Source: a virus (taxonomy: Duplodnaviria; Heunggongvirae; Uroviricota; Caudoviricetes). From it: a stretch of DNA of 64,000 nucleotides. Both the position numbers and the translations under genes were made by a program. The stretch spans positions 32,552 through 96,551 of the IMG/VR virus record IMGVR_UViG_3300037587_000312; one strand, given 5' to 3'. How positions within the stretch are numbered: position 1 is the first letter of the stretch; each line of letters starts with the position of its first letter. A model generated the notes under the pieces. It made no database searches, was not told the DNA's origin, and saw only the letters and a program-made list of their open reading frames with translations. Below are positions 1 through 10,186 of the stretch, piece by piece.

Positions 1-7
1 ATTAATA

Positions 8-445
8 ATGATTACAAAACAAAAGAATTTAGAGATCCAAGTTGGCGATGAAAAGAAAGAGTTCATCAGTAATGCTTGGAGTCCAATGAAATGTTTCAGT
101 CACTTGCCTAAGATCGGAAAAGCTTTTGCTATACCGCTCTCAATGCTTACTACTGGTGATGAAGAAAGTATGGGTGAGTCTATCCCCCAAGCACTCTTTA
201 TGTTGTTTGAACAAATGGAAGAGCAAGATGTCTGGAAACTGTTCGAATTGATCGTGAGTGATGTCCATGTAGATGCTACTCGGAGACTAGATCTTAATAC
301 AGATCTGGATGGAGACTTAGGAGCTATTTTAACTATTGTTGCTGAATGTCTAAAGCATAACTACGGAAGTCTGTACTCGGGAAACGGTTTAAGCTCCCTG
401 ATGACCAATCTGATGGGAGTAACTCAAGCGGCTCAGATAGAGTAA
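8..445 (+). CDS. tail assembly chaperone (gpG-like); may be 5'-truncated at window edge
   Basis: Directly upstream of the tape measure gene. Slippery site near its 3' end with an overlapping -1 frame ORF. Confidence 0.4.
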   Translation: MITKQKNLEIQVGDEKKEFISNAWSPMKCFSHLPKIGKAFAIPLSMLTTGDEESMGESIPQALFMLFEQMEEQDVWKLFELIVSDVHVDATRRLDLNTDLDGDLGAILTIVAECLKHNYGSLYSGNGLSSLMTNLMGVTQAAQIE

Positions 446-672
446 CTATCTCTCCTGCTGTTCTAAAACTGATTGAGAAGTCATCATCCCTTGATTGGAT
501 GGATTATTTAATCATCCGGCTCGTTACCAAGACTAATGAGAATTATGCATCTCTTGAGGAGGCATCATTAGAGTATGCTATCAAGCTTCATGAACATCTG
601 GATATTCAAGAATACTTAGAAGATCATTTAGATAAGAAGCAGGAAACAATGACCAACCCTCTAGGAATGTAA
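8..672 (+). CDS. predicted GT-like frameshift fusion chaperone (8..385 joined to 385..672 after -1 slip)
   Basis: No stop codon in the -1 frame between 385 and 672. Ends 10 nt before the tape measure start. Confidence 0.35.
379..385 (+). other. candidate -1 programmed ribosomal frameshift slippery heptamer GGGAAAC (G GGA AAC in zero frame)
   Basis: X XXY YYZ heptamer in frame of ORF 8..445. The -1 frame is open from 385 to the stop at 670-672, the classic G/GT arrangement before a tape measure. Confidence 0.4.
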
Positions 673-681
673 GGTGACGGG

Positions 682-2496
682 ATGACCAGAAAAGTAATTG
701 GTAGTATAGTCAATACAGTTGGCTTTGAGATTGATAAAACATCTTGGAAGAATCTTAATAAGTTCCAAGAGAGAATTAGGGGTCTTAAGAAAGACATGAA
801 AGGTCTCTCTGGTGGAATCTCTATAAAGGGTTCAGGGGGATTTGGAGGGAGAGGAAATGCAAACCCCATTACACGGATCAAGAAAGAATCGGATGCCCAT
901 GTAGCTGCATATCATAAAGTTTTGAATATGAAGAAGAAGGCTCAGACTAAAGCGATCATTGAAGAGAGAAAAAGAACCCGTGCATCAGGAGCAGCCTCGA
1001 GAAAAGAGATTGCGAGTGATCATATTAAAGCCCTCTCTGAGAATATAAGAAGAAAGAAAGCAATAGCTAAGCGGAGCGAAACAGCTGATCTGAGAGATGT
1101 TGCTAGCAGTGATGTTCTTACTGGGATGAAAGGTAAACTGACACCAGCTGCCATTCAGTCTAAAAAGAAACAATTAGATGGTCTTTCCGAAGCCTATAGA
1201 AAAGGAACTATTTCCAAAGCCCACTACAGTCAAATGTCAAATAGGGTTGTAGCTGGGATGAGAAAGGAAGCCCGTGCGGCTGGTGGATTAAGTTCCAAGT
1301 TTATGGATCTGCGCCGGAACATGCTTGGTATAGGTATTGCTGGTACAGTTTTAGCTGGCGCGTCTGGTCTGATGAGAACTGGACAAAACTTTGAATCCAT
1401 GGGTGCTAAGATGCTCATGGCTACAGGTGGGGCCAAGCAAGCAGCAGAGGCTATGGATTTAGCTAGAAAGCAGAGTAAGAGATTAGGTCTTGATTTACTT
1501 TCAACAGCAGACTCACTAGCCCGTTTAGGTATTGCAGCCGATCAGAAATTAACAAAGGGTGAATTTAAAGAACTTTTTATCTCCTTCTCTGAATTAGGTG
1601 CAGCAGCTCAGCTACCAAAAGAGCAAATGGACCGTGGTCTTCGTGCTTTGGAGCAAATGCTGAACAAAGGCCAGTTAATGGCGGAAGAAGTAAAAGGTCA
1701 GTTCTCAGAAGCAATTCCCGGTGGTATCCGAATATTCGCTGATGCGTTAGGCATGTCAGAACAGGCATTTTTCAAGGCGATGGAAGCTGGTAAATTAATG
1801 TCGAAAGATGTTTTACCTAAAGTCGCCAAACAAATGGCCATAACAGCCCGTAAGGGTGGCGCTCTTTCCACAGCGATGGATACGAACAGAGCCTCCATGA
1901 ATAGAATGATTACTGCATTCCAGACTTTCCAGAAAAAGATTTTTGATGCAGGTTTTTCTAAAGTATTAACAGAATTATTTAATACCTTTACAGATTTGTT
2001 TACTGTTCTCGGTCCTCTTGCCACAACTACCATGGCAGCACTGACTACAGCTTTCCAAGTATTCACTTTCCCATTAAGAATCGCAGCAGCACTTATAGCG
2101 GATTTCATGGCATTCTTCGGGATGGATGAACAGAATAATGTATCCAAAATGACGGGTATTTTCATAGGTTTCGCTGGGGGAATATATATCCTAGTTAAAG
2201 CTATTCAGGCTCTAGCTAAGGCTAAATTAGTTCTGATGGCTATAGCGAGTCCCGGTAAGGCTCTTGCAGGAATAGCTGCAGTTGCAGCTATCTACGGAGG
2301 AGAGGCAGCTTATAATTACTATTCAGATAGGAACAAAGCATCTCAGAAAGGTTCTTCGATGAAAGCCAACTCCAAACAAGAGGTCTTTGTTAGGCTTGAA
2401 GGTGATATGGATAAACTGGATGGATTTGTTAAGTATAAGATTTCAAATAATAATGATGCGATAGCAAAAGAGCTTCTAACTAATATCCCGAGGTAA
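682..2496 (+). CDS. tail tape measure protein
   Basis: 604 aa, Ala/Gly/Lys-rich with predicted coiled coil and C-terminal hydrophobic segments. Sits between the chaperone frameshift pair and baseplate genes. Confidence 0.7.
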   Translation: MTRKVIGSIVNTVGFEIDKTSWKNLNKFQERIRGLKKDMKGLSGGISIKGSGGFGGRGNANPITRIKKESDAHVAAYHKVLNMKKKAQTKAIIEERKRTRASGAASRKEIASDHIKALSENIRRKKAIAKRSETADLRDVASSDVLTGMKGKLTPAAIQSKKKQLDGLSEAYRKGTISKAHYSQMSNRVVAGMRKEARAAGGLSSKFMDLRRNMLGIGIAGTVLAGASGLMRTGQNFESMGAKMLMATGGAKQAAEAMDLARKQSKRLGLDLLSTADSLARLGIAADQKLTKGEFKELFISFSELGAAAQLPKEQMDRGLRALEQMLNKGQLMAEEVKGQFSEAIPGGIRIFADALGMSEQAFFKAMEAGKLMSKDVLPKVAKQMAITARKGGALSTAMDTNRASMNRMITAFQTFQKKIFDAGFSKVLTELFNTFTDLFTVLGPLATTTMAALTTAFQVFTFPLRIAAALIADFMAFFGMDEQNNVSKMTGIFIGFAGGIYILVKAIQALAKAKLVLMAIASPGKALAGIAAVAAIYGGEAAYNYYSDRNKASQKGSSMKANSKQEVFVRLEGDMDKLDGFVKYKISNNNDAIAKELLTNIPR

Positions 2497-2500
2497 ATAT

Positions 2501-3154
2501 ATGTCATTTGTTATAATTGCTTCTGGAGGAGAGGGGTTCAGGACTTTAGATAATACTATCCCTCAAGTTTATAATTTTGATGCAACTGTTTCTTTAACTT
2601 CCAGACGAACAGCTAATGTAACTAGCCACCCCGTAGAGGGTGGTAGCACAGCGAGTGAACATGTTGTTGTTAGTAATACTATTGTAGATCTTGTTGGCAT
2701 TATCGTTCAAATCCCAATGCCTAAGCCTTATCATGAAATAAATAGGGGTAATGATGTAATAGAGGCATCAAGGGATGGTTTGGATTTAGATAGAATCCAT
2801 GCAGCCACTGACGTACTTGTGAAAGTATTCAATGATAGAGAACTTATTACAATATCCTCAGAGATTGATGTTTTCCCCAATTGTATCATCACAAGTCTCA
2901 ATTTACCGAGAACTGCTGAGATAGGGGATACTCTCAGAATAGAGATGACTCTCGAACAACTTCAAATAATCCAACTGGAGACTACAGAGGTTTCTAAAGA
3001 AATATTTGATTCAGCAGCGGCGAACAAGAAGATAGGTGGAACATCCTCTGTCGATTCTGATAACCCTGATAATAGTACTACAGAGAAAACAGTGTTGAGT
3101 TCTGTAGAGAAACAACTAGCTAACTTTTCTGGTTCGTTAGGATCGATATTATAG
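2501..3154 (+). CDS. tail/baseplate assembly protein (unassigned family)
   Basis: RBS gagg then ATG. In tail operon immediately after tape measure. Confidence 0.35.
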   Translation: MSFVIIASGGEGFRTLDNTIPQVYNFDATVSLTSRRTANVTSHPVEGGSTASEHVVVSNTIVDLVGIIVQIPMPKPYHEINRGNDVIEASRDGLDLDRIHAATDVLVKVFNDRELITISSEIDVFPNCIITSLNLPRTAEIGDTLRIEMTLEQLQIIQLETTEVSKEIFDSAAANKKIGGTSSVDSDNPDNSTTEKTVLSSVEKQLANFSGSLGSIL

Positions 3155-3166
3155 AGGATAGAATAA

Positions 3167-3499
3167 ATGCTTTTACTTCCAACAAGTACATTACCAGACT
3201 ATACACAGACTGTTGTTCTTGATGGTGTGAGTTATGATCTGAGACTTCAATGGAATACACGAGAAGAGGCTTGGTATGGGTATCTAGGTCCAACAGGACT
3301 TCCCTTCTTGATTAAAGTAAAGATTGTAAATGGTTGGGATCTATTACGACCATTCAAGTATATTGAGGGAATACCTAAAGGTGAACTCTACTTAATCGAT
3401 GTAGTGGCTAGTTGGGGAAGACCAACAAGATCAGAAGTTATCCAATTAGGAAGGTTCAATCTTGTGTATGTCACAAAGGAGGAATCTGATGCCGTTTGA
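3167..3499 (+). CDS. hypothetical tail protein
   Basis: ORF in tail operon; its stop overlaps the next start (ATGCCGTTTGA). Confidence 0.3.
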   Translation: MLLLPTSTLPDYTQTVVLDGVSYDLRLQWNTREEAWYGYLGPTGLPFLIKVKIVNGWDLLRPFKYIEGIPKGELYLIDVVASWGRPTRSEVIQLGRFNLVYVTKEESDAV

Positions 3500-4406
3500 T
3501 CGTCAATATAGACTCGAGATAGCAAAACCTGTAACAAAAGATATTGCTTTCCCTTTAAATGAGAATATGTTGTCTGGCTCAAGAGGTACGTCACTTATTC
3601 TTACTGACCACCAAATTACTTTTGAAATTAAGAAGACATCTGGTGCAGCTTTGAATCAGACTAAAATCGAAATTTCTAATCTGTCACCTGATAGTTTTGG
3701 ATTCATAAGTAATTTCAGGGGACAAGAGGTTTATTTAAAACTAGTAGGTGGTTATGTAGATGATATTAAAACTCTTCTAACTGGGCAAGTTGTTGCTGTT
3801 GGGGATACCTTCGAAGGTCATACTCGGAAGACAGAAATTACAGTTACTGAGGGGTTTACTAACGCAAAGGAGGCTAGATCCTCTTTTTCTTTTCTACCGG
3901 GAACCCTTCACTCAATTATACTTTCTGCACTAATGAATGATCTTGGTCTTCCTCAGGGTATCATTATTCGACCAAAAACTATTACCAAGGCTCCTTGGTC
4001 TTGGGAAGGAAAGACAATAGAGGCTTTGAAGAAACTAGCACTAGATACAAATTCTTCATTCAGTTTACAGAATTCTACAATACATTTTACTCCCCACCAA
4101 ACAAAAGATTTGGTTACTGTTAATAAATATACCCCGACGACAGGGTTGATTGGATCACCTTCTGCTCTCTCTGATGCGTCTAATGTTCCGCAAGATAATA
4201 AAAGTGCTCCCAAGGTGGGAATAAAGTTCAAGGTGGATCTTGATGGCTCTCTTTTACCAGATACACTGGTTAAAATAGAATCAAGAGAATATGAAGGTGT
4301 GTTTAGAATTCACAAGGTTAAGCATAGAGGTGACTACAGGGGAACAACTTGGGTCACTGAATGTGAAGCCTCTCAGCTATCCCCTTTTATTGAGGGAGAG
4401 GTATAA
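3489..4406 (+). CDS. putative baseplate hub protein (XkdQ / late-control-D-like)
   Basis: Start refined to ATG 3489 after RBS aggagg. Synteny with PBSX/P2-type baseplate clusters. Confidence 0.35.
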   Translation: MPFDRQYRLEIAKPVTKDIAFPLNENMLSGSRGTSLILTDHQITFEIKKTSGAALNQTKIEISNLSPDSFGFISNFRGQEVYLKLVGGYVDDIKTLLTGQVVAVGDTFEGHTRKTEITVTEGFTNAKEARSSFSFLPGTLHSIILSALMNDLGLPQGIIIRPKTITKAPWSWEGKTIEALKKLALDTNSSFSLQNSTIHFTPHQTKDLVTVNKYTPTTGLIGSPSALSDASNVPQDNKSAPKVGIKFKVDLDGSLLPDTLVKIESREYEGVFRIHKVKHRGDYRGTTWVTECEASQLSPFIEGEV

Positions 4407-4407
4407 C

Positions 4408-5091
4408 ATGGCACTACAAGATGGATTAGTGGATGCATTACAGGGAATGGTAGATTACAGACTTCTTAGTCTCTTTACTATCACACCTGCTAGGGTTACT
4501 AATGTTGATTATAATAACAACCACCTAAACGCTCAGCCACTTATTAGGACTAAGTATTCAGATAATAGTCAACAAACACCACCAGAACTTTTCCATATAC
4601 CAATCTTTATATTGAGTGCTAATGGTGGGACAGCAAGAGTCACACTTCCAGTGAAAGTTGGAGATACGGTTTTAGTTCTTTATTCTCAAAGAAGCCTAGG
4701 TGATTTCTATGAGAGTGATGGAAAAACGGTGGTTGATACAGATAGTCTGGTAACTCATGGTAGTTATCCCATTATGGCACTACCTTGTTTATTCACAAAG
4801 GCGAGTGCTAAGACAATAGATTCAGAAAATCTCGTAGTTGAGAATGGATCTACAAAAATGGTAATTAAGCCTAATGGTAATATTGAAACAACATGCCCAA
4901 CTTTTATAGTAAACGGTAATTTCGAAGTAAATGGGGATACAACCCATAAGGGTAATGAGACAACAACAGGAAATTCCGCAGTTGGTGGTACTATGACCAA
5001 TGATGGAACAGATGTTGGCAAGACTCATTCCCATACGCAAGCCAACGATTCAGGCGGTGATACACAACAACCAACCAGTACACCATCATAA
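4408..5091 (+). CDS. baseplate spike/central hub protein (gpV / gp5 OB-fold-like)
   Basis: Start refined to ATG 4408 (RBS gagggagagg). N-terminal region resembles phage baseplate assembly V family. C-terminus Thr/Gly/Asn-rich. Confidence 0.45.
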   Translation: MALQDGLVDALQGMVDYRLLSLFTITPARVTNVDYNNNHLNAQPLIRTKYSDNSQQTPPELFHIPIFILSANGGTARVTLPVKVGDTVLVLYSQRSLGDFYESDGKTVVDTDSLVTHGSYPIMALPCLFTKASAKTIDSENLVVENGSTKMVIKPNGNIETTCPTFIVNGNFEVNGDTTHKGNETTTGNSAVGGTMTNDGTDVGKTHSHTQANDSGGDTQQPTSTPS

Positions 5092-5117
5092 TAACATTCT
5101 AGTAGGGGTTAATAGAA

Positions 5118-5411
5118 ATGCCAGCAGAAGTAAGTTCAGATCCATTTGTTTGGAAAGCAATTGCAGGAGTTTTCGGAGTGATGACAACAATCTTTGGATA
5201 TTTCATTCGGAAACGTGATGAAAAAATCGATGAGAATACTAAAGAAGTGTTTTCATTAAGAGAGGAAGTCGCAATATTAAAAACCCATCTCGAGGTATTT
5301 TCTGCGGAACAGGCAGAGATGAAAGAGAGTATAAGGGGTATTGTAGATTGCGTCCAAGATATAAGGGTCTATATCGCAGGTATGCCCAATAAGAGTAATG
5401 ATACGAAGTAA
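5118..5411 (+). CDS. small membrane/coiled-coil protein in baseplate cluster
   Basis: N-terminal TM helix then coiled coil. Confidence 0.3.
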   Translation: MPAEVSSDPFVWKAIAGVFGVMTTIFGYFIRKRDEKIDENTKEVFSLREEVAILKTHLEVFSAEQAEMKESIRGIVDCVQDIRVYIAGMPNKSNDTK

Positions 5412-5419
5412 GGTGGGAT

Positions 5420-5848
5420 ATGACAGGTTTACTGCTTTCTGAAGAAACAAACGACCTACAGATAATTAATGGAGACCTCCAAATGTCTGTAGATTCCACT
5501 ACCGCGCTTAGGCAAAGGATTCTTATTACCCTGAGTGCTTGGTTAGGTGAGTGGAAATTAAACACAGCATTTGGTATTCCTTATAGACAAAGTATTTTTG
5601 TTAAAGGGGTAACGAAGGAAGGGGTGGATGCTATTTTCTTAGGGAAGATAGTTGAGTTTGAAGAAGTTGAAGTTGTTGAGGATTTTGAATCAACCTTTAA
5701 TAGTGCAACTCGTGAATATGATGTTACTCGTTTAGTAGTCAGAACCACAACAGTGTTTACTTCTCAAGTTACACAGTTCGATCCTGATGATGTAGATTAT
5801 CAACCATCACCGATTTCTCCCGTAGGAAATATATGTGTTGTTGTTTAA
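5420..5848 (+). CDS. baseplate wedge protein (XkdS/DUF2634, gp25/gpW-like)
   Basis: N-terminal NGDLQ...ALRQRI...GEWKLN..GIPY pattern typical of XkdS-like proteins. Precedes baseplate J. Confidence 0.5.
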   Translation: MTGLLLSEETNDLQIINGDLQMSVDSTTALRQRILITLSAWLGEWKLNTAFGIPYRQSIFVKGVTKEGVDAIFLGKIVEFEEVEVVEDFESTFNSATREYDVTRLVVRTTTVFTSQVTQFDPDDVDYQPSPISPVGNICVVV

Positions 5849-5885
5849 TTGGAATATTAATTAGTCCTTAGATAGGAGAGGGAAG

Positions 5886-7388
5886 ATGGCAGGTTTAACT
5901 GATACAGGTTTTACTCGGAAAACATTACCAGAGATATTAGACTCTCTTAAACAACGAGCAAAAGATGAATTTGGTACTGATTTCAATACAGCGGATGATT
6001 CAGTTTTTACCCAATTAGCGGGAGTCTTTGCACTAGAATGCGACGAGGCTTGGCAGGGTCTTGAAGGAGCCTATTCTGCATACACCTTAAACGGGGCAGA
6101 GGGGGTCTTTCTGGACGATATGTTCTCTAGGCATAACATCATAAGGCTAGATGCTACAGCAGGGTCTGGTGTGGCTTACATAGAGTCTGACAACACTACT
6201 GTCCTTCCGCAAGGGGTTACCCAAGCAAATAACACAGTTTTCTCCGCATCGAACAACATAAGCTATGATCTCTCAGTAGATAAAGTTATTGATATTGATG
6301 CTAGTGCAGCGTACAAAATAATCTCCAGTGATATTCTTATTGCAACTACGTATACGATCTTCTGTGAAGATGATCTAGGAGCAATCCAAGACACAGAGAT
6401 TATTGTTACTCTTGATACAGATAAAGCAGCTTTCGTAACAGCCGTTAAGGCGTTTGTTGATGCTACAAATACAAGTACATCTGGTAAGACTTTTGATTTT
6501 ACCACAGTAGGATCAGAAGAGTTCTATTTAGGATTCGATTCAAACAAGGGTCTTGATCCACTGGCAAGTGAAATAACTTTTTATACAAGTCCTGCTATAG
6601 GTAATAGATTCTCATCTGTATCATTGATAGCCAGTGAGATTGGTCATAATCCCCTACCAAGTAAAGGTATTAAGGATATGACACCTAAGTTCACTGGGTT
6701 CATATCAGCAGCTAATGTAGTGGCATTCGCATCAGGTACTGCGGTTGAAACAGATGCTGAATTCAGAGCTAGATTTAATCGTATAATTGATGCATCCGCA
6801 ACAGGTTGTGATAGGGCTTCTATTGAAACCGCTATTTCAAATCTAACGGGTGTAGCATCTGTACGTATTTATGAAAATCCTACAGATACACCAACAGCTG
6901 AAGTTGATACGGCGTATGCCTTTAATACTGTAGTCTCTGGTGGAGTCGCAGATGATATCGCACAAACTCTTTTTGATAATGGTCCTATCAATGTATTAAC
7001 CGCAGGAACAACCACAATTAACAAAACTACAACAGATGGAACAATCATCCCTGTAAAGTTTAGTGTTGCTATTTCTGCTGACTTGTCCTTGAGGATTACC
7101 TATAGCACCATCCTAAATACAGATTTTACTGAATTTGAAGAGCAGTCAATCAAAGATGAAATTGCTGTATTATCCCTGAATTTCGGGGTTGGAACTACAG
7201 TATATAATGCTCAATTGAACGGTGCTATTGTTTCATCTATTAATTATGGAAGATTATCAGGGACTCTTGTCGCTGAAACAAAATTGGTCTCCGAAGGAGC
7301 TGGGAGTTATACAACAGCAGACTTTGTACCAGCTTTTGATGAATTTCCACAAATAGCTGAAGTTGATATTACATTTGTGAGGGTCTAA
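5886..7388 (+). CDS. baseplate J-like protein (gpJ/XkdT)
   Basis: 500 aa. N-terminal region typical of baseplate J family. Follows gpW-like gene. Confidence 0.6.
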   Translation: MAGLTDTGFTRKTLPEILDSLKQRAKDEFGTDFNTADDSVFTQLAGVFALECDEAWQGLEGAYSAYTLNGAEGVFLDDMFSRHNIIRLDATAGSGVAYIESDNTTVLPQGVTQANNTVFSASNNISYDLSVDKVIDIDASAAYKIISSDILIATTYTIFCEDDLGAIQDTEIIVTLDTDKAAFVTAVKAFVDATNTSTSGKTFDFTTVGSEEFYLGFDSNKGLDPLASEITFYTSPAIGNRFSSVSLIASEIGHNPLPSKGIKDMTPKFTGFISAANVVAFASGTAVETDAEFRARFNRIIDASATGCDRASIETAISNLTGVASVRIYENPTDTPTAEVDTAYAFNTVVSGGVADDIAQTLFDNGPINVLTAGTTTINKTTTDGTIIPVKFSVAISADLSLRITYSTILNTDFTEFEEQSIKDEIAVLSLNFGVGTTVYNAQLNGAIVSSINYGRLSGTLVAETKLVSEGAGSYTTADFVPAFDEFPQIAEVDITFVRV

Positions 7389-7391
7389 ACC

Positions 7392-7985
7392 ATGGTTACA
7401 CCTGTAAATAATATTGTTTTAAAAGACAATGTTGTCGAGAGTGCCCAAAATAATCTGTTGTATCAGTTTAAAGACCTCCCCAACATTAATACGATGGTTA
7501 AGATCTTCGCCGCAGAACTTCAAGAGATAGAGAATGAATCTAATAACCTTTTATTATTTAGAACTCTTGAGGATGCATCTGGGAAACAACTAGATAATAT
7601 TGGTGAGGTTCTTGGTCTTGCAAGGCAAAGTACTAATGATGAGATCTATAGAAGTTTCTTAAAAATACGGAATGTTAGGCAGACAGGTGTGGGTAGTGCT
7701 GAGAGTGTAACCAGTCTACTCAAACTCTTTACTGGGGATGAGAATATCTCTTTTTATAAGGGTGAGAAATACCAAGTAGACGTGACGTATGATACAACAT
7801 GTAATCCTGCATCAGAGAGCCTCTCTGTTATTGGGGCATTCTTTCCAGTAGTTACAACAATTCGGGCGACAATTTCGAGTGGAACACCTTTTGGGTTTCT
7901 AGGCGATACAACTGCTCTAGGTTTCGGGTCTATTCATGATAGCGCGGCTGGTGGTGCATTTGTCAGCAACTTACAAGTAGTTTAA
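7392..7985 (+). CDS. tail protein gpI / XkdU-like
   Basis: Position after baseplate J and before tail fibre; ~200 aa. Confidence 0.4.
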   Translation: MVTPVNNIVLKDNVVESAQNNLLYQFKDLPNINTMVKIFAAELQEIENESNNLLLFRTLEDASGKQLDNIGEVLGLARQSTNDEIYRSFLKIRNVRQTGVGSAESVTSLLKLFTGDENISFYKGEKYQVDVTYDTTCNPASESLSVIGAFFPVVTTIRATISSGTPFGFLGDTTALGFGSIHDSAAGGAFVSNLQVV

Positions 7986-7999
7986 TTGAGGAATAATTA

Positions 8000-8665
8000 A
8001 TGGCGAAGCCAACCAATAAACCAGTAATCGCAGAATCAGATGTAAATCTGCCGAATACTGGGCAACCTAATAAATCCCAGCCAGTAGGGTCACTGCTTAC
8101 TGTTGGCTATGATAAGGGACAGAAACCTGCTGCCGAAGAATATAATTGGTTGTGGGATAATAACAAAGAGTGGATTGATTATTTCGAAGAAAAAGCATTT
8201 CCAACTGGCGGGATTATCATGTGGTCTGGATCTATCGGATCTATCCCAGCTGGGTGGTTCCTTTGTGATGGTAATAACAGCACCCCTAACTTACAAGATA
8301 GATTCATTGTGGGTGCTGGGTCTACTTATGCAGTAGATGCCACAGGTGGGGCGACTACAGATACATCCAGTTCTGACGGTGATCATAGTCATACAATTAC
8401 GGTTAATAATCACACTCTTACCGAAAGTGAAATGCCGTCACATACACATGATGTAACTAGGGTAGATGCTACAGGCGGCTCTTCTACCTTAATCGGTAAA
8501 ACCACCAGCGGATTAAGTACAATAAATGAAGCTAACGCTGCTACCTCTACAGGCGGCAGTAGTGGACACAACCATACAGCATCATCTAATTCTACTGGGG
8601 CGCATACCCACGAAGTAGATATTCTACCACCGTACTATGCTCTTGCATATATTATGAAGGCGTAA
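8000..8665 (+). CDS. tail fibre protein with phage tail-collar domain
   Basis: Motif GGIIMWSGSIGSIPAGWFLCDGNN...LQDRFIVGAG matches the tail collar domain. Has Thr/Ser/His-rich repeats. Confidence 0.65.
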   Translation: MAKPTNKPVIAESDVNLPNTGQPNKSQPVGSLLTVGYDKGQKPAAEEYNWLWDNNKEWIDYFEEKAFPTGGIIMWSGSIGSIPAGWFLCDGNNSTPNLQDRFIVGAGSTYAVDATGGATTDTSSSDGDHSHTITVNNHTLTESEMPSHTHDVTRVDATGGSSTLIGKTTSGLSTINEANAATSTGGSSGHNHTASSNSTGAHTHEVDILPPYYALAYIMKA

Positions 8666-8668
8666 AAT

Positions 8669-9232
8669 ATGAAAATTTCTATAGTTAATGGTAATGCTGG
8701 TGATGATACGGTTATTATTAATGGTGTCGCATCCAACTTTAACCTATCCCCATATATCGGTTCTTCTATATGGGCTATCCATTGGGATAGTGAGAAATCT
8801 GTAGGGGAGGTTGAATATACAGGAGGTATCAAACCAAACGAAGTTATCACAGATTTCACTGAATTTGATCCTGTTATCGCAGCTTATTATGAATCCTTAG
8901 AGCCTGTTCCCCTAACACAAGAGGAAACTAAAGTTCTTGCTATTAACCAAGCAAAAAATGTACGTAATACTGGAAGATATTCTCCTATCACAATTGGGAT
9001 AAATACTTTCGATGCGGATAAAGAGGCACAAAACAATATTAATTATAGTATCGATGGGTTCAATGAGATAACTAATCACTTAGGTTCCACAACGATTCCT
9101 TGGACATTAGCTGATAATTCAATCATAGATGTAACTCTTGATGCTTTGATGGCAGTTAAAACAGCTATCACTCTAAGAGCCATAGATCTTCATATCCAGT
9201 ATACAGTAGAAAAAGCTGCTATTGTCCAGTAG
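8669..9232 (+). CDS. tail fibre-associated/assembly protein (hypothetical)
   Basis: Immediately downstream of fibre gene. Confidence 0.3.
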   Translation: MKISIVNGNAGDDTVIINGVASNFNLSPYIGSSIWAIHWDSEKSVGEVEYTGGIKPNEVITDFTEFDPVIAAYYESLEPVPLTQEETKVLAINQAKNVRNTGRYSPITIGINTFDADKEAQNNINYSIDGFNEITNHLGSTTIPWTLADNSIIDVTLDALMAVKTAITLRAIDLHIQYTVEKAAIVQ

Positions 9233-9248
9233 CTCCACAGGAGATCTA

Positions 9249-9530
9249 ATGAATAAACTATTTTCCCGATTACTTGCTGGTCTTATCGGTATAGATCAGG
9301 CTTTTAATGGCTTCATTAACGGCTACCCTGATGAAACACTATCTGCTGCCTGTCATAGAAAAGCAAAATACGGAAAGAAGCGATGGATCTACTCAGAAAT
9401 TATAGTAGATATTCTTTTCTTTTGGGACAGGGAAGTCCGTAAAGGTAAGGTCTATAGACATTGCCAATTAAGTTATGAGTCAGAAATTTTAAAAAGACAT
9501 TTCCCTGAAGAATATAAAAAGAGATTATAA
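9249..9530 (+). CDS. hypothetical protein
   Basis: ATG 9249 with RBS aggag. The upstream TTG start in the ORF table is less likely. Confidence 0.3.
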   Translation: MNKLFSRLLAGLIGIDQAFNGFINGYPDETLSAACHRKAKYGKKRWIYSEIIVDILFFWDREVRKGKVYRHCQLSYESEILKRHFPEEYKKRL

Positions 9531-9532
9531 AA

Positions 9533-9766
9533 ATGAGTAATGCAAAGAAAAGAAACCTCGGGTCTATCAACCTAAAGAATGGCGCTGGAGATGATTCAGT
9601 TCACAACAACCTTGATGGTTTACAGGGCGGAACTACAGATGAGATGTTTCACCTAACCTCACAAGAGAATGATGATCTTGCTGCTGGTGCAACTGGTACA
9701 TTCACGACAGTTGATAGTAAAACAGTAACTGTTACAAATGGTATTATCACTGCTATCACTCCATAA
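9533..9766 (+). CDS. hypothetical small fibre-region protein
   Basis: ORF with tight spacing in operon. Confidence 0.3.
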   Translation: MSNAKKRNLGSINLKNGAGDDSVHNNLDGLQGGTTDEMFHLTSQENDDLAAGATGTFTTVDSKTVTVTNGIITAITP

Positions 9767-9778
9767 GGATAAACCCTA

Positions 9779-10126
9779 ATGACCCAGAAACGCACTAACC
9801 AACATAACCTATATGAATCACCTATTGAGACCGTGGCAACTACTCTCACTATTACGGATATTCTAAGGGATATGGAAAATCATTATATTGGTGTGAGGTA
9901 TTATTCGGATGCTATTGGTACACCTGTTACTCCTACTGCTGGAACTGTAGTTCTTAAAGTAGTGGATGAAGCTACTAATCAATTAACAGCTACGACTGCT
10001 GGACTAACAGCTACTGATATAACAGATAAGCAGACATATACAGGTAATATTACTTCAATGCAAGCAATACCTACTGGTATTCTAACTGCTACACATTGGC
10101 AACTATTCTCCTCATCTAACCTTTAA
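9779..10126 (+). CDS. hypothetical fibre-region protein (Thr/Ala-rich)
   Basis: ORF followed by intrinsic terminator. Confidence 0.3.
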   Translation: MTQKRTNQHNLYESPIETVATTLTITDILRDMENHYIGVRYYSDAIGTPVTPTAGTVVLKVVDEATNQLTATTAGLTATDITDKQTYTGNITSMQAIPTGILTATHWQLFSSSNL

Positions 10127-10144
10127 AATCAATCCGTAATCTAA

Positions 10145-10169
10145 AGAAGGGGCTATTGCCCCTTCTTTT
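10145..10169 (+). terminator. rho-independent terminator
   Basis: Hairpin aagaaggggc-tatt-gccccttctt followed by TTT. Confidence 0.5.
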
Positions 10170-10186
10170 GTCTAGAGAGGAACAAA

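Noticed and set aside
985-2165. Minus-strand ORFs inside the tape measure gene (985..1173, 1230..1436, 1577..1768, 1698..2165) and similar antisense ORFs within the DNA polymerase (15993..16965, 17349..17570)
   Set aside because: These are shadow ORFs fully embedded antisense in long, well-supported genes, with no RBS or operon logic.
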